A DNA stretch of 64,000 nucleotides from a bacterium (GCA_963675755.2 CAXXMD010000003.1:3456001-3520000); one strand, 5' to 3'. Shown: positions 1 through 10,827, counted from the first letter of the stretch. Numbers and translations: made by a program. The notes: generated from the letters alone by a model not told the origin.

Positions 1-13
1 TCTGAATGATGAC

Positions 14-643
14 ATGAGTCTCAACCTAAGAGGTGTGACAGACAAGATCATTCACAAATATTTTAAAGATTTAGAATCTTATTATACCGAATCCCGGTTG
101 ACGCTGGATGAGCAGGAAACAATCAAAACCGCAATCCAGAATCGATTGTTCAAGGTGTTGCACAAGTACAGGCACTATAAAATTTTATTGATTGCGCATT
201 CCATGGGATCCATAGTAGCATATGATGTCCTGAGTCCGCAGGAACAGCCCATGGTGCATTCAATGGTGACCATTGGTTCTCCATTGGGACTACCGGTCAT
301 TGTAGGACGTATCCTGGCTGAACAAAAAGAGCGTGGTAATGATCTCGATAAACCCCGGGTGCCGGAAAGTATACGGGATACATGGGTAAACATGTCCGAT
401 TATCGGGATAAGGTCGCACTGGACCATACGTTGGCAGACGACTATGAGAAAAACAGTCGGGGACTCTTGGTTGAGGACAAGTTTGTATATAATGATTACA
501 GCGTGGATGGAGAAGCCAATCCTCACAAAGCCTATGGCTACCTGCGCACCAAAGAAATGACAGAGAGCATTGATACATTTCTACCGGACAGGATTTGGGA
601 CAAGGTGTATCGGGCGGTGAGAGAGAAAAGAAGAAAGAATTAA
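14..643 (+). CDS. Alpha/beta hydrolase (lipase-like); may begin upstream of the window
   Basis: Nucleophile motif AHSMG, then TIGSPLG, D(KV) and a C-terminal His (NPH). Confidence 0.7.
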   Translation: MSLNLRGVTDKIIHKYFKDLESYYTESRLTLDEQETIKTAIQNRLFKVLHKYRHYKILLIAHSMGSIVAYDVLSPQEQPMVHSMVTIGSPLGLPVIVGRILAEQKERGNDLDKPRVPESIRDTWVNMSDYRDKVALDHTLADDYEKNSRGLLVEDKFVYNDYSVDGEANPHKAYGYLRTKEMTESIDTFLPDRIWDKVYRAVREKRRKN

Positions 644-700
644 CTTGATCAGAATACATGTTATTGTGTTAATTATCTTTTAATTTTGATATATTGAATT

Positions 701-1372
701 ATGAAAATAAAATTTTACATTTTTTATTTGTTTCTATTTTCAATTGTGATTGGTTGCAGCAATCTCAAACCATCATTCAAACTTGAGCCGGGGGATCTGT
801 TGTTTCAGGATCTGGATGGCAGTCCTTTTTATGATGCTATTGAAAAAGTAACGCAGGGATATAAAGGCGCAAAATTCGCCCACATCGGGATAATTGTGGA
901 TGGTTCTGACGGTGAACCGGTGGTACTTGAGGCTATTGGGCGGGGAGTTTACACCACACCGGTGGATACGTTTCTGGCGCGTAGTCATGACAATAATAAC
1001 CATCCCAAAGTGATTGTGGGGAGGTTAAAACCGCAATACCGTCACCTTATTGAACCAGCGCTGGAACGATTGAATGGGTACCTGGGTAAATCCTATGATC
1101 ATATATTTGATATCAAAAATGACTCTTATTATTGCTCAGAACTGGTTTATCTTTCCTATCTGGATGAATCAGGCGAATCCCTGTTTAAACTGTATCCCAT
1201 GACCTTTATCGACCCCGATACGCGTGAGACCTTTCCAGCCTGGGTGGACTATTATCAGGATTTGGGTGTAAACATTCCCGAGGGTGAACCGGGACTGAAC
1301 CCCGGCGGTATTTCACGCTCCCCGGTATTGGATATTGTCCACATGTATGGCAATCCGGATGGAATGAAATAA
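701..1372 (+). CDS. YiiX/YebB-like permuted NlpC/P60 cysteine hydrolase, lipoprotein
   Basis: Lipobox IVIGC, GDLLFQ, HIGI, and YYCSELV (His before Cys, the permuted order). Confidence 0.85.
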   Translation: MKIKFYIFYLFLFSIVIGCSNLKPSFKLEPGDLLFQDLDGSPFYDAIEKVTQGYKGAKFAHIGIIVDGSDGEPVVLEAIGRGVYTTPVDTFLARSHDNNNHPKVIVGRLKPQYRHLIEPALERLNGYLGKSYDHIFDIKNDSYYCSELVYLSYLDESGESLFKLYPMTFIDPDTRETFPAWVDYYQDLGVNIPEGEPGLNPGGISRSPVLDIVHMYGNPDGMK

Positions 1373-1476
1373 TAATCTGTTCTGCAATCGTAATTAAATG
1401 ATGTAATTTTTATAATAATCAGGGTGTGATTATCTATCCAATCATGTACAGAATCGTTTAAAAAAGGGGTAATACA

Positions 1477-3444
1477 ATGAAACGGTTTATGTTAATATTA
1501 TTGGCTTTTCTTTCAACTGTTACTTTGGCAAAAGAAATTCAAACTGAATCTAAAGTGGTTTCTGCTACGGTCTTTCGTAACCGGGCAATGGTGGCCCGTA
1601 AGGCATCCGTCAATGTGAGCAAGGGGCAGAATACGGTCAAACTCTCCGAGATGACCAGTGATCTTTTGGATGAGACGGTACGTGTGTCTGTACAAGGGAA
1701 TTACAGGATTAAGATTCTGGATGTGAATGTGGAACGACAATTTACAACTGAAATCCAAAAAGAGCAAATCCGGGATATGCAGGCAAAAATCGATTCTTTG
1801 GAAGAATTGAAAAAAGTAGCATCGGACCAGCTTGCGATCCTTGAAAGTAAAAAGGTTTTTGTAGAGTCGTTAAAAGCAGAATCTGTCAAGATTGAAAACC
1901 AGAAAATGCTGTTGGAAAAATCCACAGTCCAGGACTGGTCCAACATGCTCGGTTTTGTAGATACCAATTTGAATGCTATTTACAAAGATGTGCGCAAGCA
2001 AAATCAACGCATCAAAGAACTGGATGAAGAAATCACCGCCATTCAACGGAACATGCGCCAAACCCAGCGGGATGAGGCCAAAGATTACAAGGAAATCTTT
2101 ATAGAATTGGATGCAGACAGAGCGGCCTCTATTGTTTTGGAAATATCATATATTACCCAAAGCGCGAGCTGGTATCCCACATATGATGCTAGAGTAGATA
2201 TTGATGATCAAACCATTGAGCTGTCTTATTACGCCATGGTACAACAATCCACCGGAGAGGACTGGCAGGATGTTGATCTGGTATTTTCAACTGCTGAACC
2301 CTTGTCTGTGAAATCTATCCCTGAACTGCAACGCTGGTATTTGAATACACGTACCCCGGCCCTGAGACGATCAAGACCCAGTGCTCCCAGTTCTCCCAGT
2401 GTGAGCTATCCGCGTATCAATGTGGATTATACTCCAAATTTTGGTTTGGCTAACGGCATTGGCGCCATATCCGGATACGTCAGATCGGCAACAAGCAGAG
2501 AACCTTTGCCAGGAACAAATATTACCTTGCAAGGATCCGGATTAGGATCTGCTACAGATTTGAATGGCAACTTTTTTATTGCAAATGTTCCTGCTGGGAA
2601 TTATCAACTTTATGTTAATTTGATTGGCTATGGGCGACAAGTCATAAGAGTAGATGTTCTTGCAAAACAAACAGCAAAGTTGAATATAGCCCTTGAAGAA
2701 CAGGCCCTTGAAGGTGAAGAAGTAATGGTCATGGCAGAAAGCGATATGCTTTTAGATCAGGCCAAAACTGTAGGTTCTGGCTCTGTCAAAAAGGAAAAAG
2801 CTGTATACACTCAGGTTGAACAAAGTGAGCTGGCAACCACATTCAAAGTTCCGGTTAAAAGTTCTGTGCCGGGTGATAATAACACCCATAAAGTGACACT
2901 TGCTATAGATGAACTGCCCGTATCATTTGATTATACCAGCATCCCCAAAAAAGTACCTGCAGTATTTCTCAAAGGCAAAGCCGCTAATACAAATGACTAC
3001 CCATTATTGGAAGGCAATATCAACGTATTTGTAGATAACGAGTTTGTAAATAAAACCTATTTAAAGAATATAGTGCCTACGGACACATTGGAACTGACAC
3101 TGGGCGTAGACAATCATATAACTGTAGAAAAGAACCTGATAAACAAGTTTACCGAAAACAAGGGTCTCATCAAAGGCAGTAGAAAAATTACCTATGAATA
3201 CGAGATTGTTCTTAAAAATAACCGCAAGACAGAAAAGACTATTAGCTTGTACGATCAATTGCCAATCCCCATGGATGAAAAGATAAAGGTTGAACTGATA
3301 GAACCGGATAAGGACATCAAGGAACTGGGTAATGATCGAAAACTGGACTGGACATTGAAAATTAATGCGGGTGAAGAAAAGAAAATTCCTTTAAAATATG
3401 TGGTTGAATTTCCACAAAATCTGTCTGTATATGGATTGGAATAA
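1477..3444 (+). CDS. DUF4140/DUF4139 (MuiA-like) protein with an inserted carboxypeptidase-regulatory-like domain
   Basis: Signal peptide, ATVFRNRAMV, coiled coil, ASWYPTYDAR, QQSTGEDW; inserted 'EPLPGTNI...GSATDLNGNF' domain. Confidence 0.85.
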   Translation: MKRFMLILLAFLSTVTLAKEIQTESKVVSATVFRNRAMVARKASVNVSKGQNTVKLSEMTSDLLDETVRVSVQGNYRIKILDVNVERQFTTEIQKEQIRDMQAKIDSLEELKKVASDQLAILESKKVFVESLKAESVKIENQKMLLEKSTVQDWSNMLGFVDTNLNAIYKDVRKQNQRIKELDEEITAIQRNMRQTQRDEAKDYKEIFIELDADRAASIVLEISYITQSASWYPTYDARVDIDDQTIELSYYAMVQQSTGEDWQDVDLVFSTAEPLSVKSIPELQRWYLNTRTPALRRSRPSAPSSPSVSYPRINVDYTPNFGLANGIGAISGYVRSATSREPLPGTNITLQGSGLGSATDLNGNFFIANVPAGNYQLYVNLIGYGRQVIRVDVLAKQTAKLNIALEEQALEGEEVMVMAESDMLLDQAKTVGSGSVKKEKAVYTQVEQSELATTFKVPVKSSVPGDNNTHKVTLAIDELPVSFDYTSIPKKVPAVFLKGKAANTNDYPLLEGNINVFVDNEFVNKTYLKNIVPTDTLELTLGVDNHITVEKNLINKFTENKGLIKGSRKITYEYEIVLKNNRKTEKTISLYDQLPIPMDEKIKVELIEPDKDIKELGNDRKLDWTLKINAGEEKKIPLKYVVEFPQNLSVYGLE

Positions 3445-3527
3445 CGTGATTCATGGGTAATACGCTTGTGGGAATCATACAGGATTTGTATATTACACGA
3501 GTAAGTAAAGTTGTATTGGAGGTCGTT

Positions 3528-5138
3528 GTGAAAAGATTATATGTATTGCCCTTGATTTTATTTTTATTCTTGAATTGCAGCAAACCCAAACTAACGTTGG
3601 ATGAAATGCTGCCTACCAAAGATGAGGTAGGAGCCGCAGTTATGCCGGCTGAGATTGCTCCTATAAACGCACCGTTTGACATGTCTGCGGTCAAACGTCC
3701 GGTATTTCCGGATCGCAGTTACAATATTACGGACTTTGGAGCTGTAGAGGGAGGAGAAACTCTTTGCCGGGATGCCATTCAGGCTGCTATTGACAAGGCC
3801 TGCGCGGATGGCGGTGGCAAGGTAATCGTTCCGGCGGGTAAATGGCTGACCGGACGTATTGAATTGAAATCCAATGTAAACCTGGAATTGGCAGAGGGTG
3901 CAGAGTTGCATTTTAGCGGAGAGATAAAAGATTACCTGCCGCCGGTATTTTGCCGTTCAGAAGGGCTGGAGGTTTACAGCCTGGGTGCGTTTATTTACGC
4001 GTACAAACAGGAAAATATAGCCATCACTGGAAAAGGTACATTGATAGGACCGGATGTAGGGCCTGCCCGTGAAAGTGTATTGAAAACCGTATCAGATAAA
4101 ATTGTATCCGTAGATACGCCGGTTAAAGATCGTATTTATGATGGTACTCACGATCCGGTTTACTTTCGGCCCTATTCAATCAGTCCTGTTGAATGCATGG
4201 GCGTTTTGGTTGAAGGTGTAACAATCGTTAATGGCGCGTTCTGGAATGTTGTACCGGTATATTGTGACAATGTGATTGTACGTGGTGTTCAGATCGAGAG
4301 TGTTGGAGTCGTAAATGGGGATGGTGTTAATATCGAATCCAGCCGAAATGTGTTGGTGGAATATTGTACCGTTCGTACAGGTGATGATAGCTATTGCTGT
4401 AAAGCCGGCAGAAACGAAGACGGTATTCGTACCAACCGTCCCGTTGAAAACGTGGTTTTCCGTAACCTGCTAACGTTGGGTGGTCATGGCGGTATTACCT
4501 TTGGCAGTGAGACAGCAGGACAAATACGAAATGTATATGTACATGATTGTGTCTTTGACCGTAATGACATGGGCATTCGCTTTAAAACCCGCAGACCCCG
4601 CGGCGGTGGAGGTGAGTTCCTGACCATTGAAAATATTCGTATGGATGTGAAAAAGAATGCCATAGAATGGGATATGCTGGGGCTTGCCATGTGGGTGGGC
4701 GAACTAGCCGAGCGGTTACCTTTGCGTCCTACAACACCGTTGACGCCATATTATCGTAATATCACAATTCGGAATGTGCTGGGAAAAACAGGCAGACATT
4801 GCATACAGATGGAGGGACTGCCCGAAAGTACGGCAAAAGATGTGCTCATTGAGAATATTCAATTGGAATGCCTGCGTGGAATTACACTCACAGATGGTGA
4901 GAAGATAGAACTTAAAAATATTGATATTTCGTTTACAGAAGAACCCGTATTTAATGTGCGTGACAGTTGGAACATAACAACAGAAAATGTTAAGATGAAA
5001 ACACCACTCGAACCCACAGTTAAAATCTTTGGTGAGCGCTGTGCAAATATCAATCTGGATGGATTGATAATAAACGACGGCCAAAAGCCAAAGCTCGTTG
5101 CCGAAGAACAGGCTGATCCGGCAACTGTTAAATTTTAG
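3528..5138 (+). CDS. GH28 polygalacturonase-like lipoprotein
   Basis: GTG start after GGAGG; lipobox LNC; NGDG, GDD, GHGG and RFKT GH28 motifs. Confidence 0.88.
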   Translation: MKRLYVLPLILFLFLNCSKPKLTLDEMLPTKDEVGAAVMPAEIAPINAPFDMSAVKRPVFPDRSYNITDFGAVEGGETLCRDAIQAAIDKACADGGGKVIVPAGKWLTGRIELKSNVNLELAEGAELHFSGEIKDYLPPVFCRSEGLEVYSLGAFIYAYKQENIAITGKGTLIGPDVGPARESVLKTVSDKIVSVDTPVKDRIYDGTHDPVYFRPYSISPVECMGVLVEGVTIVNGAFWNVVPVYCDNVIVRGVQIESVGVVNGDGVNIESSRNVLVEYCTVRTGDDSYCCKAGRNEDGIRTNRPVENVVFRNLLTLGGHGGITFGSETAGQIRNVYVHDCVFDRNDMGIRFKTRRPRGGGGEFLTIENIRMDVKKNAIEWDMLGLAMWVGELAERLPLRPTTPLTPYYRNITIRNVLGKTGRHCIQMEGLPESTAKDVLIENIQLECLRGITLTDGEKIELKNIDISFTEEPVFNVRDSWNITTENVKMKTPLEPTVKIFGERCANINLDGLIINDGQKPKLVAEEQADPATVKF

Positions 5139-5196
5139 AAAAAATGTCATTCGGATACCGACTTGCTCGGTATCCGTTTTTATATATGAGGAAGCA

Positions 5197-5643
5197 ATGA
5201 AAGAAATTGCAGAGCAGTTGAATGAATTAATAACAGATGTAAAACCCCGCTTGATGCAAATGGATCCTGGAATGGTTAAAAATAAACCCAAACCTGAAAA
5301 ATGGTCAAAACAGGAAATATTGGGGCACTTGATCGATTCGGCTTCCAATAATCATCATCGTTTTGTGAGGGCCGGTTATGATGCGGTTAAAGACTTTCCT
5401 CCATACGATCCGGATAGCTGGGTCCAATTGCAGCAATATAATGAGATGCCATGGAACAATATGGTTGAATTGTTTTGTCTCTATAATTTGCATCTGGTTC
5501 ATGTTATGAATATTTTTCCCGTTGAAAAATTGGGCAGCTTGTGTTACTTTGTCGGTAAAGATAATCCGGTTACCATTGAATATGTCATTCACGATTACCT
5601 TCGTCATTTAGAACACCATCTGAACCAAATTCTGGATAAATAA
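5197..5643 (+). CDS. DinB family protein
   Basis: KWSKQEILGHLIDSASNNHHRF and DYLRHLEHH; ATG at 5197 after GAGG. Confidence 0.85.
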   Translation: MKEIAEQLNELITDVKPRLMQMDPGMVKNKPKPEKWSKQEILGHLIDSASNNHHRFVRAGYDAVKDFPPYDPDSWVQLQQYNEMPWNNMVELFCLYNLHLVHVMNIFPVEKLGSLCYFVGKDNPVTIEYVIHDYLRHLEHHLNQILDK

Positions 5644-5647
5644 TACA

Positions 5648-6541
5648 ATGACTAAAGAACCAAGCGAGTTCATAAAACGGTACAGTGTGCTGCCTTCGGT
5701 ATTTCAAAATATGCTTATAAAGGCATTAACAATTGTCAAAGATGAAAGTGAAAGGCAGGTTATTTGTGAACTGGCTTGTGCAGTCTCTAATAAAGCCTGG
5801 CAGGATTGGATAGCAGATAGAAAACCGGAAGACAATCGCAAAGAACATGAGTGGATCGTGTTTTTGAATTTAATGCGTATTGCTGAAAGTGAAGGATTGT
5901 CTCTTTCAGAAAAGCGTATTGCAACCGCATTCGCGTTTACCCATGATTCCTATTTTATCAAGCGGATCATGGAAGCCACCATTGAAAAGATAAAAGAGGA
6001 TGCAAAGCGATTACTCGAAATAGATCCTGTGCAAACTCAACAATTGATGACAAAAGCAGAAATGCTGGAAAAGGATAAAGCAGATCAACGGAACCAGCAC
6101 ATGATTAAAGGTGCTGAAAACGCCAGGATACTGCTTTATGGTTTATTCGGTTTTGAAAATAATCGGGAATTGATGACAAATCAGGAAATTGATCGTTGTT
6201 GCGAAATTATCAGAAATCACGACAAGTGGAAAACAGGTGAACCATACCCACTCGGTAATGATACACTTGCCGTTGCATGTGTAGAGGCGGACGCCCTCTG
6301 GCCCATGCATCCATTAGGAGTGCTTGCAGATATTGAACGACCTGATGAAAATGAGGAGGCACCAGATACTGATGATCCTAACAGTTGGCGGCAAAAGGTT
6401 GATGAAAGTTTGGGCACGCTTTTACGTTATCAGAAAAACTGGGATGGATTAGGGGAGTCTTTTCAAGACGCTGATTCCATATTCCGTACATCAGAAGGAT
6501 TTCGGATCTTTAATCAATGGAGAGGATTTTGGGGGATTTAA
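5648..6541 (+). CDS. HD-domain-like hypothetical protein
   Basis: H...THD...H(MIKGA)...NHD...ADAL pattern of HD phosphohydrolases. Confidence 0.55.
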   Translation: MTKEPSEFIKRYSVLPSVFQNMLIKALTIVKDESERQVICELACAVSNKAWQDWIADRKPEDNRKEHEWIVFLNLMRIAESEGLSLSEKRIATAFAFTHDSYFIKRIMEATIEKIKEDAKRLLEIDPVQTQQLMTKAEMLEKDKADQRNQHMIKGAENARILLYGLFGFENNRELMTNQEIDRCCEIIRNHDKWKTGEPYPLGNDTLAVACVEADALWPMHPLGVLADIERPDENEEAPDTDDPNSWRQKVDESLGTLLRYQKNWDGLGESFQDADSIFRTSEGFRIFNQWRGFWGI

Positions 6542-6789
6542 GGTAAAGTAGAGCGTTCATTGAAAAAGTTTTATATTTGAAATATTGTCGGTGTTTTTGT
6601 TTTTACTAAAAATTTTTTAAAAATTTAATTTATAGGTAATATTTGTTAAAAATTATTTTTTTCATACACTGTTTTATTTGAAAATATTTTTCTTGATTCT
6701 TAATAAATTCTGCTTTATACTATAAGTCGATAGGGAAGTTTTGGGTATCTTTTAGTAAAACTAGAAGTAAAAAAATAAAGTGGGACACC

Positions 6790-7902
6790 TTGGGGTTAGA
6801 TTTCAAAAACATAGACTTGGTGAGCAATCACGTTAGAGACGTACATGCGTTTTTTGCTCTAAACCGGGTAGCGGATTCTATACAAATTATGGATGAATTG
6901 GGGAAAAGTGTATTCCATAATGATTCATTTATCAATTTGTTTGGGTATACCGTTGATCAGTTGAACGAAGCTGGCGGTTTGTACGCTATCTTGAAAGATC
7001 CACAAATTGCCAATATTATTGTTAACGAGTTGGAAGTAAAACCCGGTTGGATGGGTAAAGTCCAAATATATACTTTAGCGGGGAATCTTGTTTCAGTTGT
7101 ATTACGGATTAATAAAGTAAAAACAGAACATCGTGAAAACCAGGGATACGTTTGTTTTTTCTCAAACAATCTATATCAGTATAATGTATATGCTGAAAAA
7201 GGCAAATATTACAGACACTTTGAAGAAGCAGAAAAGTTGGCAAGATTAGGGTATTTCTCTTCAGTTATATCTCATGAATTAAACAATCCTTTAAACATTA
7301 TCAATACAAAGATTTATTTTTTACAAAGAGAACTGGAATCGATCTCTAAAGAATCTGAAGTATGGGAGCATTTAACAAAGATAAAACAGCAACTCAAACG
7401 CTTAAAGAATTTAGCCACCAGTGTTTTGCAATATGCCAGACATGACGTGAAAAAAGATTATCTTGTAAATGTTAACCAGGTAATACAGCGAACTTTGGAA
7501 TTTTTTGATGATCAACTCACTGATGATATTGTTGTAGTAAATAGATTAGATAAATCCGTATCACTTGTACCTGCAGATTCTACTGGATTGGAGATTGTAT
7601 TCAAGAACCTGATTTCCAATGCAATTGAGGCTTTGGAAGAATCCGGTACAATCACAATATCCACTCGGAATGTAAATGAAAAATTTATTGAAATTACCAT
7701 TTCAGATTCCGGTAAAGGGATATCAGAAGATTTGCAGGAAAAAGTATTTGATCCTTTTTTTACAAGTAAAAGTAAAGAAGGGGGCTATGGACTGGGTCTC
7801 AGTATTTGTGAAAATATTATACATGAACACAATGGAATGATTAATCTAAGAAGCAGAATTGGCAGAGGAACAACTTTTGTCATACTATTACCCCGATTGT
7901 AG
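6790..7902 (+). CDS. Cytoplasmic PAS sensor histidine kinase
   Basis: PAS-like N-terminus, H-box SHELNNPL, N-box NLISNA, DSGKG, FFTSK, GLGL; no TM segment. Confidence 0.92.
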   Translation: MGLDFKNIDLVSNHVRDVHAFFALNRVADSIQIMDELGKSVFHNDSFINLFGYTVDQLNEAGGLYAILKDPQIANIIVNELEVKPGWMGKVQIYTLAGNLVSVVLRINKVKTEHRENQGYVCFFSNNLYQYNVYAEKGKYYRHFEEAEKLARLGYFSSVISHELNNPLNIINTKIYFLQRELESISKESEVWEHLTKIKQQLKRLKNLATSVLQYARHDVKKDYLVNVNQVIQRTLEFFDDQLTDDIVVVNRLDKSVSLVPADSTGLEIVFKNLISNAIEALEESGTITISTRNVNEKFIEITISDSGKGISEDLQEKVFDPFFTSKSKEGGYGLGLSICENIIHEHNGMINLRSRIGRGTTFVILLPRL

Positions 7903-7918
7903 TTAGGGATATATTTAT

Positions 7919-9295
7919 ATGTTCAAAGTACTGCTAGTTGACGATGAAATCGAGATTCTAAGAGATTACTCTCGTTTGATCATGGAGATGGGCTATCAAT
8001 GCATCATTGCCAGAAATGGTGAAGAGGCAATCGAGCTGTTGAAACAAGAACACCCGGATATAATTTTAACTGATCAGAAAATGCCCAAAAAGGGTGGAAT
8101 GTCTGTATTGCAGGAAGCATACGCGCTTGACAAATCCATACCGGTAATCATGATAACCGGTTATGGTTCTGTAAAGAATGCTGTAGATGCTATGAAGTAT
8201 GGTGCATTTGATTACCTGCAAAAACCTTTTGAGCCTGAAAAAATGCAGGAATTGTTGAAAAAGGCTGAAAAGTATCGTAAAGAAAAATTAAACATTCCAA
8301 TCGTTGAGCTGGACGGAGATTACAGTAAACCGCTTGAAGGAGTGATTGGGAAAAGCAAAGTTATTGCAGATATTACAAAGCGAGTATACAAAGTAGCGCC
8401 ATCTATTTCAAATGTATTAATATATGGGGAGTCGGGTACAGGTAAAGAATTGGTTGCCCGCAATATCCACTTGAACAGCAAACGTAAAGATCAGCCATTT
8501 ATTCCGCTGGATTGCAGCGCGCTCCCGGCGAATCTGTTGGAAAGTGAAATGTTTGGATATGAAAAAGGTGCATTTACAGGAGCAGACAGAGAAAAACCCG
8601 GGGTCATTGAGCTTGCGCATAAAGGCACCTTGTTTCTGGATGAGATAACAGAACTGGATGCCAGTTTACAATCAAAGTTGTTGCGTTTTATTCAGGAACG
8701 GCATTTCCGTAAAGTGGGTGGCCAAAAATTAGTCAAAGTTGATGTGCGGATCATTTCTGCTACAAATCGGAATCCTGAAGAAGCCGTAAAAGAGAAATTG
8801 TTACGTAGTGATCTTTATTATAGATTAAATGTAGTACCTTTCTTTATTCCCCCTTTGCGTGAGAGAAGCGAAGATGTTGCCATACTCGTTCAGCATTTCA
8901 TTGAAAAGTTTAATCCCTCATTTGCACGCGAGATTAAAGGTGTAAGCTCTGATGCCATGTTGTGCCTGAAGCGATTCAGCTGGCCGGGGAATGTGAGGGA
9001 ATTGCAGAATGTGATTGAACAAGCCATGTCTTTGGCGGATAAAAACATTATCGATTTATCAGACTTACCACCCCATGTACGAGAAAACCACAACAACTAT
9101 GTAGATCAGGTCCACCATGGACAAACATTCAAAGATGCAAAAGAGAAAATATTAAAGCAGTTTGGGAAAAAATACTTTCAGGATCTACTTGTTCAATGTG
9201 ACGGCAATATCTCAAAAACCGCCAAGATAGCAGGAATCAGTAGAAGTTCATTTTATCGAATACTTGATGAATTTGATATAAAACTGCCCGATTAA
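7919..9295 (+). CDS. NtrC-family sigma54-dependent response regulator
   Basis: Receiver (VDDE...D), GESGTGKE, GAFTGA, LFLDE, WPGNVREL, Fis-type HTH. Confidence 0.95.
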   Translation: MFKVLLVDDEIEILRDYSRLIMEMGYQCIIARNGEEAIELLKQEHPDIILTDQKMPKKGGMSVLQEAYALDKSIPVIMITGYGSVKNAVDAMKYGAFDYLQKPFEPEKMQELLKKAEKYRKEKLNIPIVELDGDYSKPLEGVIGKSKVIADITKRVYKVAPSISNVLIYGESGTGKELVARNIHLNSKRKDQPFIPLDCSALPANLLESEMFGYEKGAFTGADREKPGVIELAHKGTLFLDEITELDASLQSKLLRFIQERHFRKVGGQKLVKVDVRIISATNRNPEEAVKEKLLRSDLYYRLNVVPFFIPPLRERSEDVAILVQHFIEKFNPSFAREIKGVSSDAMLCLKRFSWPGNVRELQNVIEQAMSLADKNIIDLSDLPPHVRENHNNYVDQVHHGQTFKDAKEKILKQFGKKYFQDLLVQCDGNISKTAKIAGISRSSFYRILDEFDIKLPD

Positions 9296-9302
9296 TATTG
9301 AT

Positions 9303-9494
9303 TGTACCATTCTTGATACACCCTTCCTAGTACTTGTTTTTATTGTACATCCATCTAATAATCCTTTGTAATGTTCAATTCTTGAATCAATTTTCGCAAT
9401 TTTCGTTAATTGTATCGAAGTTTTATGTTTTTAACTGTTTTATTATCATAGTGTTACCTTGATTGCTAATATTAATTATGGCCCTTTTTTTGTT
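9303..9494 (+). promoter_or_regulatory. Putative sigma54 promoter with upstream enhancer site
   Basis: TGT-N12-ACA at 9303-9320; TGGCCC-N5-TTGT at 9479-9493 has correct -24/-12 spacing but a variant -12 element. Confidence 0.5.
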
Positions 9495-9526
9495 TATAGT
9501 GTCATAATTCATCGTGGGAAAATATC

Positions 9527-9937
9527 ATGTGTTCACTAGCGTTAATTTCTTCAACAGATATACAGTTGATAAATGAGATCAATTCTCTTTTATTGACCAG
9601 GAATTTTTCTGTACTGGTAGAAAAATCCAGAGTTTCTTTACTATATTTGATTCTAAAACATGATATTAATTTTATACTCCTGGATATTGGGTATATGGAC
9701 CCGGAAGCACTCAAGGTACTTTATATTATAAAGCAGTTACGTCCAAAACTGCCTGTTATTGTTCTGACCTCAGATAATTCTGTTGATCATAATCAGGTAT
9801 TAAAATCAATGGATGTGTTTTATGTAGGCATTAAGCCGCTGCATTACCAGAATTTTTCAATGATCATTGATACCTTACTTTTGTTACGTGGTAGAAAAAC
9901 AGAATATTTGTTGGATTCGATAGAAAAGGCATTGTAA
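9527..9937 (+). CDS. Single-domain response regulator receiver, atypical
   Basis: ILLD phospho-Asp, PVIVLTS and KP; lacks the N-terminal acidic pair. Confidence 0.7.
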   Translation: MCSLALISSTDIQLINEINSLLLTRNFSVLVEKSRVSLLYLILKHDINFILLDIGYMDPEALKVLYIIKQLRPKLPVIVLTSDNSVDHNQVLKSMDVFYVGIKPLHYQNFSMIIDTLLLLRGRKTEYLLDSIEKAL

Positions 9938-9950
9938 ATAACTGTTGAAA

Positions 9951-10152
9951 TGTACGTTTTTTAGTACAACGACGTAATTACTTTAAAATCAATGCTTTAA
10001 GCGTTATTATGGTTTTAAATGTCTGATTTTTAGTACAATTGTAGATTATTTCGATAATTTTTACGAATTTTTAATTTTCTTGCTCTTTAATTTACAGGTA
10101 TTTAGCTAATGAAATTGGTGAAATGAAAATGTGTTATGGCATAATCATTGGA
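9951..10152 (+). promoter_or_regulatory. Putative sigma54 promoter of the csg operon with two enhancer sites and an IHF site
   Basis: TGT-N12-ACA at 9951-9968 and 10020-10037; AATCAA-TGCT-TTA (IHF consensus) at 9987-9999; TGGCAT-N5-TTGGA at 10137-10152. Confidence 0.65.
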
Positions 10153-10203
10153 TAAGTTATAGATATAATTTCATTTATAAAATTAAATGCTTTTTGGGGT
10201 AAT

Positions 10204-10815
10204 GTGGGCATGGGACTAGTAGGTTTATTATATAACCTTTTTAATGGCAAGCGAAAGCTTGATAGGGTATTGGTTTGTATAATTGTAATGTTGATGACAA
10301 ATATTAATCTGATTTACTCCCAGGAACAGGATTCTGCATCTGTTGATACTGTCAAGCAAAACAAGACACGTGCAATATTGCAGAAATTGTTAAATCAGGC
10401 CACTCAGGAATCCATCCAGGATGTAATGGAAAAGCAAAAAGCCATTGCTAAAAAAGATACCATTAAAGACAGTTCTGATGAGGGCCTGGAAATTGATGGA
10501 TTGTTGATCAATGAAACCAAAACTAAAATTGGCCAGGACTTTTACGAATTCTTTTTCAATTTTTGGCAGGCACCTGACAATGCTAAAGATTATACTTTGT
10601 TTGTGTCTGAGAGACCTACAGGTAATAGCGGAAGCTGGATCTGGGTGAATGTAAATGAGACCACAGTATTTCAAAACCGATTAACCCCCAAAGCCGACCT
10701 GATTGAGGAAACTGCATCAAGTGCTGTATCAATTATCACAAATTATTTGATAAACCTGGATCAAAACCAACGACAGCTTGCCGGCGATGAGATGGCTGGG
10801 ACTGGAATTTTTTAA
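10204..10815 (+). CDS. csgE: Curli assembly component CsgE, N-terminally extended
   Basis: GLLINETKTKIGQDFYEFF...ERP...GSWIWV; lies directly before csgF and csgG. Start uncertain. Confidence 0.85.
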   Translation: MGMGLVGLLYNLFNGKRKLDRVLVCIIVMLMTNINLIYSQEQDSASVDTVKQNKTRAILQKLLNQATQESIQDVMEKQKAIAKKDTIKDSSDEGLEIDGLLINETKTKIGQDFYEFFFNFWQAPDNAKDYTLFVSERPTGNSGSWIWVNVNETTVFQNRLTPKADLIEETASSAVSIITNYLINLDQNQRQLAGDEMAGTGIF

Positions 10816-10827
10816 GGAGACGGATGA

